NCBI GenBank assembly: GCA_045863295.1 | Contig: BTWA01000007.1 | Coordinates: forward strand, 8,459 to 72,458 | Reading direction: 5' to 3' | Length of the DNA stretch: 64,000 bases | Origin: Candidatus Hydrogenedentota bacterium | GTDB lineage: Bacteria > Hydrogenedentota > Hydrogenedentia > Hydrogenedentales > SLHB01 | Shown here: piece after piece, positions 46,555 to 56,193 of the stretch | How the letters are laid out: each line of letters begins with the position of its first letter | Position numbering within the stretch: position 1 is the first letter of the stretch | The notes under the pieces: model-generated | The model's input: the letters and a program-made list of their open reading frames with translations, nothing else | The model's database searches: none | Told to the model about the DNA's origin: nothing | Made by a program: the position numbers and the translations under genes

Positions 46555-46627
46555 TTTCAATTCCGATCGGCTGCGCCCCTTGGGTTGGTGGGCTGTCGGC
46601 GCGCTAGCGATTTAGCGGCGGGAGTGG

Positions 46628-46771
46628 GTCGCATTAAGGATTGTCACGAAATTCCGGCAATACGGCGGAGTTTGGCTCAGCCTGCAGATGGATTATGACT
46701 TGGCGATTGACATAGCCAAGAGCGAAAGGCACATTTCGCGAGAACTGCAACGACGGCCTGACCGTGGTTGA
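46628..46771 (+). pseudogene. higA: Decayed second higA (C-terminal half, two frameshifts)
   Basis: Corrected translation VALR/LSRNSGNTAEF(W)LSLQMDYDLAIDIAKSERHISREL aligns with TALRLARYFGNSAQFWLGLQMDYDLDVAEDTSGRQIAKEV of the intact HigA. Confidence 0.75.
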
Positions 46772-46844
46772 CAATTAATATGGATGCCACTCTCTGGACC
46801 GAGTATCGAGTGTTACTGGCACTACCCTTGAATTGTTAACAATG

Positions 46845-48029
46845 CTATTGATCTGTCTCCCCCGTCTTTATCCACGCTTCATCGAACCGCACGTGCTTGA
46901 TCGCTTCGTTGGGCGAAGGCGAATACGTGTACACGCAGTGGATTGAGCCGTCCTTTGCCTGAATGACCGAGGGATAGGACGCAGCGCATTCTTCGCCGTG
47001 TTTTTCGAGGTGGCGCTTCCATTTCCAGGTCTGGCCTTCGTCGTCGCTGAGCAGTGCGGCCAACTGGTTGCGACCGCCTCGCGCGCCGCCTTCGGTGTCA
47101 TTGCACACCATGACCCAGTTTCCGCTTTTCAAGACGATGCAATCGACGCTGGAATCGGGATTGGGTAAGTCGGTCATTTCCGTATGAGACCACGTCAGGC
47201 CGGCGTCGTTGGATACCGCCTGCGGGACCCGTCGGGCCGCGCCCCTATCGCGCATGTAGGCCACAATGCTGCCGTCTTTCCTGGGCACAAAACAGGCCTG
47301 CACATTGATGTTGAGCACGGGCTCGCTAAACGTCCACGTCTTGCCCCAGTCTTCTGTGAACGCGGCAAGCGAGCAGGCAAACCGGTCGGAGTAAAGCGGC
47401 AGCATGATGCGGTTGCCGCTGGTCATGATGGGATGAATACGTGTCATCCAGCCCATTCGTTGGTTCAACTTGTCCGTCACCGCTGCCTTGGCATCTTCAA
47501 TCCATGTCGGATACTTCGGGTGCGTCGCGAGGTAATCCGCGTATTGTTGCGGGTAGTTCTCGAAATCCTCGAGCAGCCGCGTGTCCAGGTTGGTGGGGCG
47601 GACATGCATGATGTCCTGCCAATCCCATACCGGCGCAGCGTCACCGTCGGGATTCTTCGACGTAAGGTATTTCACCAAGTAGGAATTGTAGGTGTTGTCC
47701 TGGCTGGTGATGAAAAACAGCCACAGAGTCCCGCGCGGATCGACAAACAACACCGGATTCTGGTCGGGAAGATCTTGTGAATCCGCCATCAGAAACGGTT
47801 CGGACCATTTTCCCGCGCCGGCTTTCTTTCGAGATCCCTGGATAATAAGCGTGTCGTCGCTTTTCTCGCCTTTGCCGTAGAACCACGCCGCGATCAGATC
47901 TCCATTGGGCAGTTCTGCAATGGACGCGCCGTGCGTGTGCATCGGTACCGGGTCAAAAATGGCTTGCGCTTCATGAACCGGCGCTTGCGAGATTGCCAAA
48001 AACAGAATCGTGGCCGCCGTGACAAACAT
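46845..48029 (-). CDS. BNR/Asp-box sialidase-like protein
   Basis: HGASIAELPNGDL, DQNPVLF, Asp-boxes TEDWGKTW, SNDAGLTW and SDDEGQTW, and SYPSVIQ. Confidence 0.85.
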   Translation of the reverse strand: MFVTAATILFLAISQAPVHEAQAIFDPVPMHTHGASIAELPNGDLIAAWFYGKGEKSDDTLIIQGSRKKAGAGKWSEPFLMADSQDLPDQNPVLFVDPRGTLWLFFITSQDNTYNSYLVKYLTSKNPDGDAAPVWDWQDIMHVRPTNLDTRLLEDFENYPQQYADYLATHPKYPTWIEDAKAAVTDKLNQRMGWMTRIHPIMTSGNRIMLPLYSDRFACSLAAFTEDWGKTWTFSEPVLNINVQACFVPRKDGSIVAYMRDRGAARRVPQAVSNDAGLTWSHTEMTDLPNPDSSVDCIVLKSGNWVMVCNDTEGGARGGRNQLAALLSDDEGQTWKWKRHLEKHGEECAASYPSVIQAKDGSIHCVYTYSPSPNEAIKHVRFDEAWIKTGETDQ

Positions 48030-48077
48030 GGTCGTATCCCCCCGTATGATTCGCCCGGATCGAAGAGTCTACCAGAA

Positions 48078-48878
48078 TCAGCCGGTACCGTATTCAACCG
48101 TTACCAGGGCCAGTCCGTGCGGCGGTGCGGAATGCCCATGGTAGGGTCCGGGCGACTGGAGCAATTCCTCGATCCGTCTTTCCGGCACATGGCCTCTAGA
48201 CACGTCCACCAGAGTACCGGTGATATTTCGCACCATTTTGTAGAGAAACCCGTTACCGTGGAAATCCAGCCGCCATTGCTCCTCGTCCGCGCACGGAGTC
48301 AAAATTCCGCCCTGGCTCAACGTAATACTGTGAATGGTCCGCACCGTGGAGGCCTTTGGCGACGCATTCCCTCCTTGAAAACCGGCGAAGTCATGGGTCC
48401 CCGTCAGTCGGGGCAACAGTGCCCGCAGCCGGTCCATGTCGACGCCCTTGCGGATACGCCAGGCGAACTTGCCCGCCCACGGGTCGGGCTCGCCGGCGGT
48501 CGTAATGGCATAGGCGTAGCGTTTGCCCGTGGCTGAGAACTGGGCGTTGAATTCCGGCGACGCGGGTTCCAGCGAGTCGATTCGAATTTCCGGTTTCAGG
48601 ATGCCTGACATGGCACGGCGAAGCAGCTCAAAATCCTCGTCTTCCCACCATAGGAACGACATGACCTGCCCCAATGCGTGCACTCCCGCGTCGGTGCGGC
48701 CCGAACCCTGAACGGTTACGGGCTGTCGGGCCAACATGGCCAGCGCGTCCTGAATGACTCCTTGCACCGTCCTCAAGCCGGGCTGAAACTGCCAGCCGTG
48801 GAAGCCTTCGCCGTTATACCGCAAGACGGCTTTGATGTTTTGGGTGCGCGGGAAATCATTTTTGTGAATTGTTGACAC
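48078..48878 (-). CDS. truA: tRNA pseudouridine(38-40) synthase
   Basis: YNGEGFHGWQ, GSGRTDAGVHALGQ, GTHDFAGF, FLYKMVR and APPHGL motifs. Confidence 0.97.
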   Translation of the reverse strand: MSTIHKNDFPRTQNIKAVLRYNGEGFHGWQFQPGLRTVQGVIQDALAMLARQPVTVQGSGRTDAGVHALGQVMSFLWWEDEDFELLRRAMSGILKPEIRIDSLEPASPEFNAQFSATGKRYAYAITTAGEPDPWAGKFAWRIRKGVDMDRLRALLPRLTGTHDFAGFQGGNASPKASTVRTIHSITLSQGGILTPCADEEQWRLDFHGNGFLYKMVRNITGTLVDVSRGHVPERRIEELLQSPGPYHGHSAPPHGLALVTVEYGTG

Positions 48879-48934
48879 TTTGAACGGCCCTAGATTACGC
48901 TTGTCCCCGGCAACGAGAGCGGAGATTACTCGAA

Positions 48935-49375
48935 ATGAAGCATTTTGCCTTTTTGTTGGCAGGCCTTATGGTGGCATCCTTTGGTTCCGGGTGCAACACG
49001 TTGGGCCGTCAGCCTCAAATGTCCGAGGCGGCCATTGTCCCGGCGGCGTTGAAACCCGGCGAAAGTGCAGTGATTAGCGCGAAGATCACGGACAAACAGC
49101 GCATCGTCGATCGTGTCGTCGCCATTGTCAAAGAAGACACGCGCATGAAGCTGATGTTGAAAGACGATGGTCTGGCGCCAGACGCCAAGGCGGGCGACGG
49201 GGTTTGGACGGTGGAAGTCGAAGTGCCTTTTATGGCGGCCCCAGGCAAGTATACGCTTGAAATCACGGCGTTCAACCGTGAAGGCGGCGTGATCAACGTA
49301 AAGCAGGCGGACAAATCCGAAGGTCCTTTGGTGGCCGTGACGGAGTTGGTCATCAATTATCCGCCTGAGCAATAA
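48935..49375 (+). CDS. Lipoprotein with a choice-of-anchor-X-like (DDG..D..AGDG) domain
   Basis: Lipobox-like GSGC; LKDDGLAPDAKAGDGVWT. Confidence 0.65.
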   Translation: MKHFAFLLAGLMVASFGSGCNTLGRQPQMSEAAIVPAALKPGESAVISAKITDKQRIVDRVVAIVKEDTRMKLMLKDDGLAPDAKAGDGVWTVEVEVPFMAAPGKYTLEITAFNREGGVINVKQADKSEGPLVAVTELVINYPPEQ

Positions 49376-49418
49376 GCTGCAAATAGGCGTGCAGGCGCCT
49401 GACCCGAAATTGACAATC

Positions 49419-49452
49419 CGATCCCCTCTCGCTGCAGAGGGGATCGTTGTTT
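49419..49452 (+). terminator. Terminator-like hairpin
   Basis: CGATCCCCTCT-CGCTGC-AGAGGGGATCG followed by TTGTTT. Confidence 0.6.
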
Positions 49453-49490
49453 ATGGCCAACGTGATGTCAGACAGCAGAGGTAGAGTTGC

Positions 49491-50753
49491 ATGTTGCCCA
49501 TTCTCTTCGTAATTGCCGCCGCGTCGCCGAATGTGGTCGTGGTTTCCGTCGATACGCTACGGGCGGATCGTCTCGGTTGCTACGGGTACGAACATCCGAC
49601 CTCGCCCGTTATTGACGAGTTTGCCTCCCAAGGGCTTTTGTTTGAAGACTGCGTGACCGAAGTTCCGCTTACGGCCCCTTCGTTCGGCGCCATGATGTCT
49701 TCGCGCTATCCCCGCATGAACGGATCCACCCGCAATGGTTTGCGCATGCCGTCCAATGTGCCGTTGGTCGCCGAGCAGTTTCAAAAAGCGGGGTACGAGA
49801 CGGTTTGCGTAACCAGCAATTGGACCCTGAAAGCCGGCTTGTCCGGTTTGGACCGTGGCTTCGATGTGTATGACGACGGATTCCGGAAGAAGCGGTGGGG
49901 GTTTCTAAAGTCCGAACGGGATGGCGACGAAGTTACCAAGCGGTCACTCGACTTGTTGAAAAAGCGGGACACATCCAAACCTTTGTTTGCCTGGTTCCAC
50001 TATTCCGATCCGCATGCGCCGTATCTGTTTCACAAGCGATTCAATCCACGGAATGTGCCGGTGCGGAAGTTGGACAAAGAGGAAAGCGTCCAGGCGCGAT
50101 ACGATTCCGAGGTGGCCTTCACCGATCACGAAATCAGCAAGCTGCTTCGCGCATTACCTTCCGAGAACACATTTGTCGTCTTCGTCGCGGATCACGGCGA
50201 AAGTCTCTACGAGCACGACTACCTGGGCCACGGCCGTCGCATTCACCAGACGGGCCTACACATTCCCCTAATTCTGAAAGGGCCGGGCATCGAACCCGGG
50301 CGCAGCGCGTTTCCGGCCCGTGGCATCGATATTGGACCCACCTTGCTTGCCATGGCCGGACTATCCGCACCGGAGACCATGCTTGGCCTCAATCTGCTTG
50401 CTCCTCCCACGGAAGCAGCGCGTGCGCGCGTTATTGAAACCTATGGCGGGGCTGTGCCGGGCCTGCCGGGAGCGGAAGCCATGATGGCGGATGCCCCACC
50501 CATGTGGCAGGGGGTGATCCGCAGTCCTTGGAAGCTGATTCGCAACGAGGACGAGGACGACACCGAGTTGTACAACCTCGTCGACGATCCCCGCGAACTG
50601 ATCAATATTGCGGAAGATCATCCGGAAGTGGTGGGGGAGTTGTCGGAACTTATTGCTGCCTGGAGCGAACAGACCGACCGATCCAGCGAAGAATCGGCCG
50701 ATCTAACGAAGGAGGATGTTCAGGCGCTAAAAAGTCTCGGCTACGTGGATTGA
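49491..50753 (+). CDS. Sulfatase-like (alkaline phosphatase superfamily) protein with Thr at the nucleophile position
   Basis: VDTLRAD, TAPSF, HYSDPHAPY, ADHGE, YNLVDDPRE and LKSLGYV motifs. Confidence 0.85.
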   Translation: MLPILFVIAAASPNVVVVSVDTLRADRLGCYGYEHPTSPVIDEFASQGLLFEDCVTEVPLTAPSFGAMMSSRYPRMNGSTRNGLRMPSNVPLVAEQFQKAGYETVCVTSNWTLKAGLSGLDRGFDVYDDGFRKKRWGFLKSERDGDEVTKRSLDLLKKRDTSKPLFAWFHYSDPHAPYLFHKRFNPRNVPVRKLDKEESVQARYDSEVAFTDHEISKLLRALPSENTFVVFVADHGESLYEHDYLGHGRRIHQTGLHIPLILKGPGIEPGRSAFPARGIDIGPTLLAMAGLSAPETMLGLNLLAPPTEAARARVIETYGGAVPGLPGAEAMMADAPPMWQGVIRSPWKLIRNEDEDDTELYNLVDDPRELINIAEDHPEVVGELSELIAAWSEQTDRSSEESADLTKEDVQALKSLGYVD

Positions 50754-51935
50754 GTCTTGTCCGCCGGACAGGTACGGGGTGGGGTCCACGGCTTTGCCGT
50801 TCTTGCGCACTTCAAAGTGCAGGTGAGGGCCGGTGGAACGGCCCGTGGAACCGACTTCGCCAATCGGCGTTTCCGCAGTCACGACCTGACCCGCGGTCAC
50901 CAGATTCTTCGAATTGTGGCCGTAAACGGTTTCCAAGCCGTTCTCATGCTCAACAATCACGACTTTCCCATGCCCCGGATTCCATCCACTGAATTTGACG
51001 GTCCCAGCCTGGTAGGGATAGATGGAGGTGCCCGCCTTGGCGGCGATGTCGACGCCTTCATGCATCTCGGGTCGGCCGTTAAATGGGTCTTTCCTCATGC
51101 CAAATCCCGACGTCAGCCGTCCCGATCCGTCCAGAATCTTTGTCCAAGGGCTCTGTTCCACGACCTCGGGCTCCGGGGCGGCTGCGTGTTTGGGCCCAAG
51201 GATGGACTGAATCAGCGCAGTCACGTCAAATGCGCGCGTGTGTTCGACCCGAGGGGCTTCTCCACCCACGCCGGTGTACTGGTTCGCGGCATCTCTCGGC
51301 ACCAGCGGAGGGGGGGTGTTGCCGTAGATCGAACCAATCGCGTTCGCGGCCGGATCGGTTGCCGGCGGCATAGGCGCCATTTCATCCGGCTCGGGAGTCA
51401 GTGGAATCTCGCCCATTGCCGGAAAGTCGAGTGACGGTGCCGTCACGGGGTTAAAGATCGAGAGGGAATCATCCGCAGGGGGAACGGCGATGGCAGCCGT
51501 TACAGGCTCCGGCGTATCGAGTTCGGGCAATTCGGCCGGGACGGCCTCCGCCTGTACGGCAGGCGGCGCGACGGCTGCCGGGAGCAACGTTTCGGCTTGT
51601 GTCTCGACCGGCGTGAGCGCGCTCAGGTCCAGGGATTGCCCGACCCGTATCAAGTCAGGATTGCCCAGCGCATTTGCCTTTGCCACGGCTTGCACGGCGT
51701 TGTACACCGATGGCCCAGATGCTTCGAGTCCTGAGGCAGTAAGGCGATCCCGGCAAATGCTCCAGAGAGTATCGCCTTTCATTACCGTGTGATCGGAAGA
51801 GGCCAGTGTCGACGGAGCGGACTCAACCGCCCGTTGGAGTGCGTCTTGAAAGCCCGTTTCCGCCGTCTTGGCATATAGAATAGTCGGCTTGCCGGCCACG
51901 ATTTCGGGCCGTTCCTGAACCGGCGCAATCCACAT
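50727..51935 (-). CDS. LysM domain + M23 peptidase
   Basis: HTVMKGDTLWSI..NPDLIRVGQ LysM; HEGVDIA and GRSTGPHLHFEV M23 motifs; GGAGG SD before ATG 51935. Confidence 0.9.
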   Translation of the reverse strand: MWIAPVQERPEIVAGKPTILYAKTAETGFQDALQRAVESAPSTLASSDHTVMKGDTLWSICRDRLTASGLEASGPSVYNAVQAVAKANALGNPDLIRVGQSLDLSALTPVETQAETLLPAAVAPPAVQAEAVPAELPELDTPEPVTAAIAVPPADDSLSIFNPVTAPSLDFPAMGEIPLTPEPDEMAPMPPATDPAANAIGSIYGNTPPPLVPRDAANQYTGVGGEAPRVEHTRAFDVTALIQSILGPKHAAAPEPEVVEQSPWTKILDGSGRLTSGFGMRKDPFNGRPEMHEGVDIAAKAGTSIYPYQAGTVKFSGWNPGHGKVVIVEHENGLETVYGHNSKNLVTAGQVVTAETPIGEVGSTGRSTGPHLHFEVRKNGKAVDPTPYLSGGQDSIHVAETF

Positions 51936-51978
51936 TCGACACCCCTCCCAATGAGCCATATTCACCCACCGGTTTTTA

Positions 51979-51995
51979 AGCAACTGCTGTGCCGG
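51979..51995 (-). promoter_or_regulatory. Sigma54 promoter
   Basis: CCGGCAC-AGCAG-TTGCT (GG-N10-GC) about 45 nt before the ATG, with an AT-rich tract upstream. Confidence 0.6.
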
Positions 51996-52100
51996 TTGAT
52001 ATTATTGCATGTAAAGCACTATCATAAAACAACTTGTAAACTCTTGGCCTTCAGTGTGGCCACCACGAGGGCAGGAAAGTTTTTCCGCTTTCGGCACGAA

Positions 52101-52877
52101 ATGTCCACCATCGAAACGCGGATGCAGGAATTGGCAAACGTGACCTCAACTCGAACCAGCCCATCAGAATCGCCACCATCGCGCCAGGATGCGTGGCGTA
52201 TGTTCGATCGGATAGCCCACCGGTATGACCTGCTGAACCGGATGCTCTCCATGCGCCAAGATGTTGCCTGGCGCAACCGGCTCGCCCGGTGCTTGAACGA
52301 CACGCCGGGCCAGCGCGTTTTGGATCTCGCCACTGGCACCGGCGATGTCTTACTCACCCTGTGCCGCCGCAATTCGAACGTGTCCTCGGGAGTGGGAGTC
52401 GACATGTCGGGCCGGATGTTGGGCTACGGGCATGAAAAAGCCGCCGCGGCCGGTCTGGGGAGTCGTCTGCGCTTCGTACGGGGGGATGCCACCCGCATTC
52501 CCGTGCCCGAAGGTTTCTTCGATGCCGTCACGATTTCCTTTGGTATCCGGAACGTCATCGACGTGCCAACTGCGCTACGTGAAATGCGCCGGGTGCTGAA
52601 ACCGGGCGGTCGCGTTTTGATACTGGAATTCTCTCTGCCCGGCAATCCCCTGTTTCGCTCATTGTACTTGTGGTATTTCCGGAAGGTGCTGCCGCGCATC
52701 GGAGGCGTGATTTCCGGCGACCACCATGCCTACCGGTATCTGAATCAGACTGTCGAGACATTTCCCTACGGTGACGCGTTCTGCCAATTGATGGAAGACG
52801 CTGGTTTTCGGGATCTGAAAGCCATTCCCTTGACGTTTGGAATTGCCACGATTTACCAGGGCGACAAGCAGGCGTAG
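52101..52877 (+). CDS. ubiE: Demethylmenaquinone methyltransferase (MenG/UbiE)
   Basis: MFDRIAHRYDLLN, LDLATGTGD, FGIRNV, RVLKPGG and AYRYL motifs; start uncertain. Confidence 0.95.
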   Translation: MSTIETRMQELANVTSTRTSPSESPPSRQDAWRMFDRIAHRYDLLNRMLSMRQDVAWRNRLARCLNDTPGQRVLDLATGTGDVLLTLCRRNSNVSSGVGVDMSGRMLGYGHEKAAAAGLGSRLRFVRGDATRIPVPEGFFDAVTISFGIRNVIDVPTALREMRRVLKPGGRVLILEFSLPGNPLFRSLYLWYFRKVLPRIGGVISGDHHAYRYLNQTVETFPYGDAFCQLMEDAGFRDLKAIPLTFGIATIYQGDKQA

Positions 52878-53027
52878 TGCCGCTAATCCCTTTTTGTCCA
52901 AACACGGGACTATTCCGGCGACTCACGGGCTCTTCAAACGGGCCTGCCTCGAATACCGTGTCCTATGAGCGGAATACTGGCGGTTTCCGTGCAATCAGGG
53001 CCGTATGTCGCGTAAAATGGCAGAAGT

Positions 53028-54437
53028 ATGACGAAGCTGTATTCCCATTCCGAAACCATAGAGCCGCGCCTTGCGAAAGACGCGTTGGCGTCCGTTGTGC
53101 AGCAGGTTTTGGAGTCGGTCGTGCCGGGGGAACGTGAGTTTCCGCGCGCCCTCCGGGTCGAATTCCCCATCGAACATGTCGATGCCCTTTCGTGGCTGCA
53201 CGCACAGAGGACCTCGCCGCGCATGTATTGGGCCGATCGGGAGAGTGAATTTGACGTGGCGGGCGTGGGTGCGGCGGACGTCATTGCGGCGGATACCGAC
53301 ACGGATTTTGAGCCCTTGATTGCACAATTACGGGCTACTGTATCCTCCACCCATCCTGATCTCCGGTACTACGGGGGGGCGCGTTTCAGTCAGGGCACGG
53401 CCAAATCCGATCCGTGGCGGCCGTTCGGGGCGTGCAGTTTCGTCTTGCCGCGCTTCGAGTTGTTGAACCGGGGCACACAGTCGTATTTGGTGTGTAATGC
53501 GCTATTGCACGACGCCGGTGGTGTCGAGGCGGAACTACGGGAGATATTCGAGGCGATCGAGTTGTTGCGATTTCCCGATGCGGCGTCCTTGTTGCCGTTG
53601 CCACGCATTGTGAAACGCGTCGACCGGCCCGATGCAACGGGCTGGGCTCAAATGGTGACCGAGGTGTTGCGGTCGATAACCGGCGGATCGGTGCAGAAGG
53701 TGGTTCTGGCAAGGGAAACCACGTTTACGTTCGACGCGGCGCTCGATCCCATTTCCATCTTAACGCGGTTGGTGCCCCGGTCTCCGGAATCCTACCGGTT
53801 CTTTTTCGAGCCGGAGCCGGGCGTAGCCTTTATCGGGGCAACGCCGGAGCGATTGGTCAAGCGGGACCGGCGCTATGTGCAAAGCGAAGCGGTGGCGGGC
53901 ACCCGGCCGCGCGGATCGAACCCGCAGGACGACGATCGTCTGGGTTCGGAATTGATGAACAGCGACAAGGATCGGCGCGAACACAAAGTGGTATTGGATA
54001 CGATTCAGAGTGTATTCAATGACTTGTGCCATGCCGTGCACGTCGCGCCCGAAGTTTCGCTCCTGAAATTGCGGCGCTGCCAACATTTGTTCTGCCCGGT
54101 GGAAGGCATCCTATCGGATAACGCGTCAGGGTCGAAGATTTTGCGGGCACTACATCCCACGCCCGCCGTGGGAGGATATCCCACGGCACGGGCACTGGAC
54201 GTCATCGAAAGTCTAGAGCCCTTTGATCGCGGTTGGTATGCAGGTCCAATAGGCTGGGTAGGCAACAAGGCTTCAGAATTTGCGGTGGCCATCCGGTCGG
54301 GTCTCGTGCACGGCAATACGCTGTCGCTGTATTCGGGCGCTGGCATTGTGGAGGGTTCCACGCCTGCCGACGAGTGGGCTGAGATTGAGAACAAGATGAG
54401 CAATTTCTTGAGCGTGTTGACCGGCGATGTCGACTGA
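53028..54437 (+). CDS. menF: Isochorismate synthase
   Basis: KVVLAR, GATPERL, AVAGT, KDRREH, LHPTPAVGG, DRGWYAG and GAGIV motifs. Confidence 0.93.
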   Translation: MTKLYSHSETIEPRLAKDALASVVQQVLESVVPGEREFPRALRVEFPIEHVDALSWLHAQRTSPRMYWADRESEFDVAGVGAADVIAADTDTDFEPLIAQLRATVSSTHPDLRYYGGARFSQGTAKSDPWRPFGACSFVLPRFELLNRGTQSYLVCNALLHDAGGVEAELREIFEAIELLRFPDAASLLPLPRIVKRVDRPDATGWAQMVTEVLRSITGGSVQKVVLARETTFTFDAALDPISILTRLVPRSPESYRFFFEPEPGVAFIGATPERLVKRDRRYVQSEAVAGTRPRGSNPQDDDRLGSELMNSDKDRREHKVVLDTIQSVFNDLCHAVHVAPEVSLLKLRRCQHLFCPVEGILSDNASGSKILRALHPTPAVGGYPTARALDVIESLEPFDRGWYAGPIGWVGNKASEFAVAIRSGLVHGNTLSLYSGAGIVEGSTPADEWAEIENKMSNFLSVLTGDVD

Positions 54438-56187
54438 TCGGCCGACTTTCAATATCAATCAGGTATACGCGTACCTGATTGTCGAAGAATTAGTCCGGTG
54501 CGGCGTCGAATTGTTTTGCATTGCACCGGGATCGCGATCGACCCCGTTAACCCTCGCCGCGGCCATGAATCCAAAAGCCAGAACCGTTGTCCATTACGAC
54601 GAGCGTGGATTGGCTTACTTCGCGCTGGGATATGCGCGAGGCGCCGGAAAGCCCGCGGCAGTCATTACGACATCCGGTACTGCCGCCGCGAATTTGCATC
54701 CCGCCCTGATTGAGGCTTCCAAGAGCAACGTTCCACTGATTCTACTTACCGCCGATCGGCCACCGGAAGCCAGGGATTCCGGCGCCAATCAGACCATCGA
54801 TCAGGTGAAACTGTTTGGCAATGCGGTGCGCTGGTGGCACGAGTTTGCATGTCCGCACTTGGGTCTCGAAATTCCGGCTCAAGCCATTTTGTCTGCCGTC
54901 GACTACGCGTTACAGCGTGCGCGCGAACAGGGCGGTGGCCCGGTCCACTTGAATTGCCCTTACCGGGAACCCTTGGGCAGCGCTGCCCCCGAGCCTGGTA
55001 TCGTCCGTTTACTCAACCTGTTTCCAGGCGCATCCGAATGGCACACCAGCCAACAACCGAATTCACGGTCATTGCCGGGCAAAATTCAACCAAGCGAAGA
55101 AGCGCAGCGGGAGTTGATCGACATCGTTGCTGCGGCGAGACAACCGCTTCTCGTCGTGGGTCAACTTAATCGCGTAGAAGATGCTCGAATGGTCGAGCGG
55201 TTTCTGGAATCTGCTCGGTGGCCCGTGTTTGCCGACATTTGTTCGGGTATTCGCCTTGGAACTCATGGCGGATACTCCGATCTTTTACTTGGTACCAATC
55301 CATTCAACTCTTTCATTGCAACGGATTTGATTGTGTATGCCGGCGGCGCGGTCACTTCGAAAACAACGCTTCAGTTCTTGGAAAATGCACGCCCCAAACA
55401 CTTCGTGCGCGCGCTCGATCATCCATTTCGCCACGATGCGACGTTTCGATCCACGCTGCGCGTTGAAACGGCCTTTGCACCTTTCTTCCAGTGGATGGAG
55501 GAAGTCACGCCCAAGGTTGATAACTCCGATTGGCAGAATGGTTGCGAAAAGTTCTTCCGGTTAAGCGCTGATGCCGTTCGCGCGTTTTTTGACCAAAACG
55601 ATTTGTTAAGCGAACCGATGGTAGCCCGCTGTGTCGCGCGGATGGCGCCGGAAGACAGCATCATTTTTGCCGGAAACAGTATGCCGATTCGCGATTTGGA
55701 TTTGGTTTCAGCGCCCGGCCGGTCGCCTGTGCGCGTAACGGCGAATCGCGGCGCGAGCGGAATCGACGGCACTGTGGCCACGGCGGCGGGGTTGGCCGAA
55801 AGCGGATTGGTGACCGCGCTGTTAGGCGATCTCGCCGTGTTGCATGATCTGCCTTCATTGGCGCTGCTGCGGAACCGGCGGGCCATTCTCGTGGTCATTA
55901 ACAACGATGGCGGCGGCATCTTTCACTTTTTGCCGATTGCGCAAAACGAGGCCGTGTTCGAGAAGTATTTTGGCACTCCCCATGGCCTTGATTTTCAACA
56001 TGCGGCGAGTCAATTCGGTCTGGGCTACACAAGTCCCACGACGGTTTCCGCCTTCGAGGCCGCTTACGCGATGTCACTGGAATCCGGCCAATCCTGCATC
56101 ATCGAAGTCAAGACCGATCGGGTGAAAAACCGGGCCCTCCATCAACAATTGCGGGACGCGGTGGCTCAAGCGCTTGCGGCGGATTGA
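54427..56187 (+). CDS. menD: SEPHCHC synthase
   Basis: APGSRSTPL, DERG, TSGTA, TADRP, NSMPIRD, NRGASGIDG, GDL and NNDGGGIF motifs. Confidence 0.97.
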   Translation: MSTDRPTFNINQVYAYLIVEELVRCGVELFCIAPGSRSTPLTLAAAMNPKARTVVHYDERGLAYFALGYARGAGKPAAVITTSGTAAANLHPALIEASKSNVPLILLTADRPPEARDSGANQTIDQVKLFGNAVRWWHEFACPHLGLEIPAQAILSAVDYALQRAREQGGGPVHLNCPYREPLGSAAPEPGIVRLLNLFPGASEWHTSQQPNSRSLPGKIQPSEEAQRELIDIVAAARQPLLVVGQLNRVEDARMVERFLESARWPVFADICSGIRLGTHGGYSDLLLGTNPFNSFIATDLIVYAGGAVTSKTTLQFLENARPKHFVRALDHPFRHDATFRSTLRVETAFAPFFQWMEEVTPKVDNSDWQNGCEKFFRLSADAVRAFFDQNDLLSEPMVARCVARMAPEDSIIFAGNSMPIRDLDLVSAPGRSPVRVTANRGASGIDGTVATAAGLAESGLVTALLGDLAVLHDLPSLALLRNRRAILVVINNDGGGIFHFLPIAQNEAVFEKYFGTPHGLDFQHAASQFGLGYTSPTTVSAFEAAYAMSLESGQSCIIEVKTDRVKNRALHQQLRDAVAQALAAD

Positions 56188-56193
56188 GACGGC

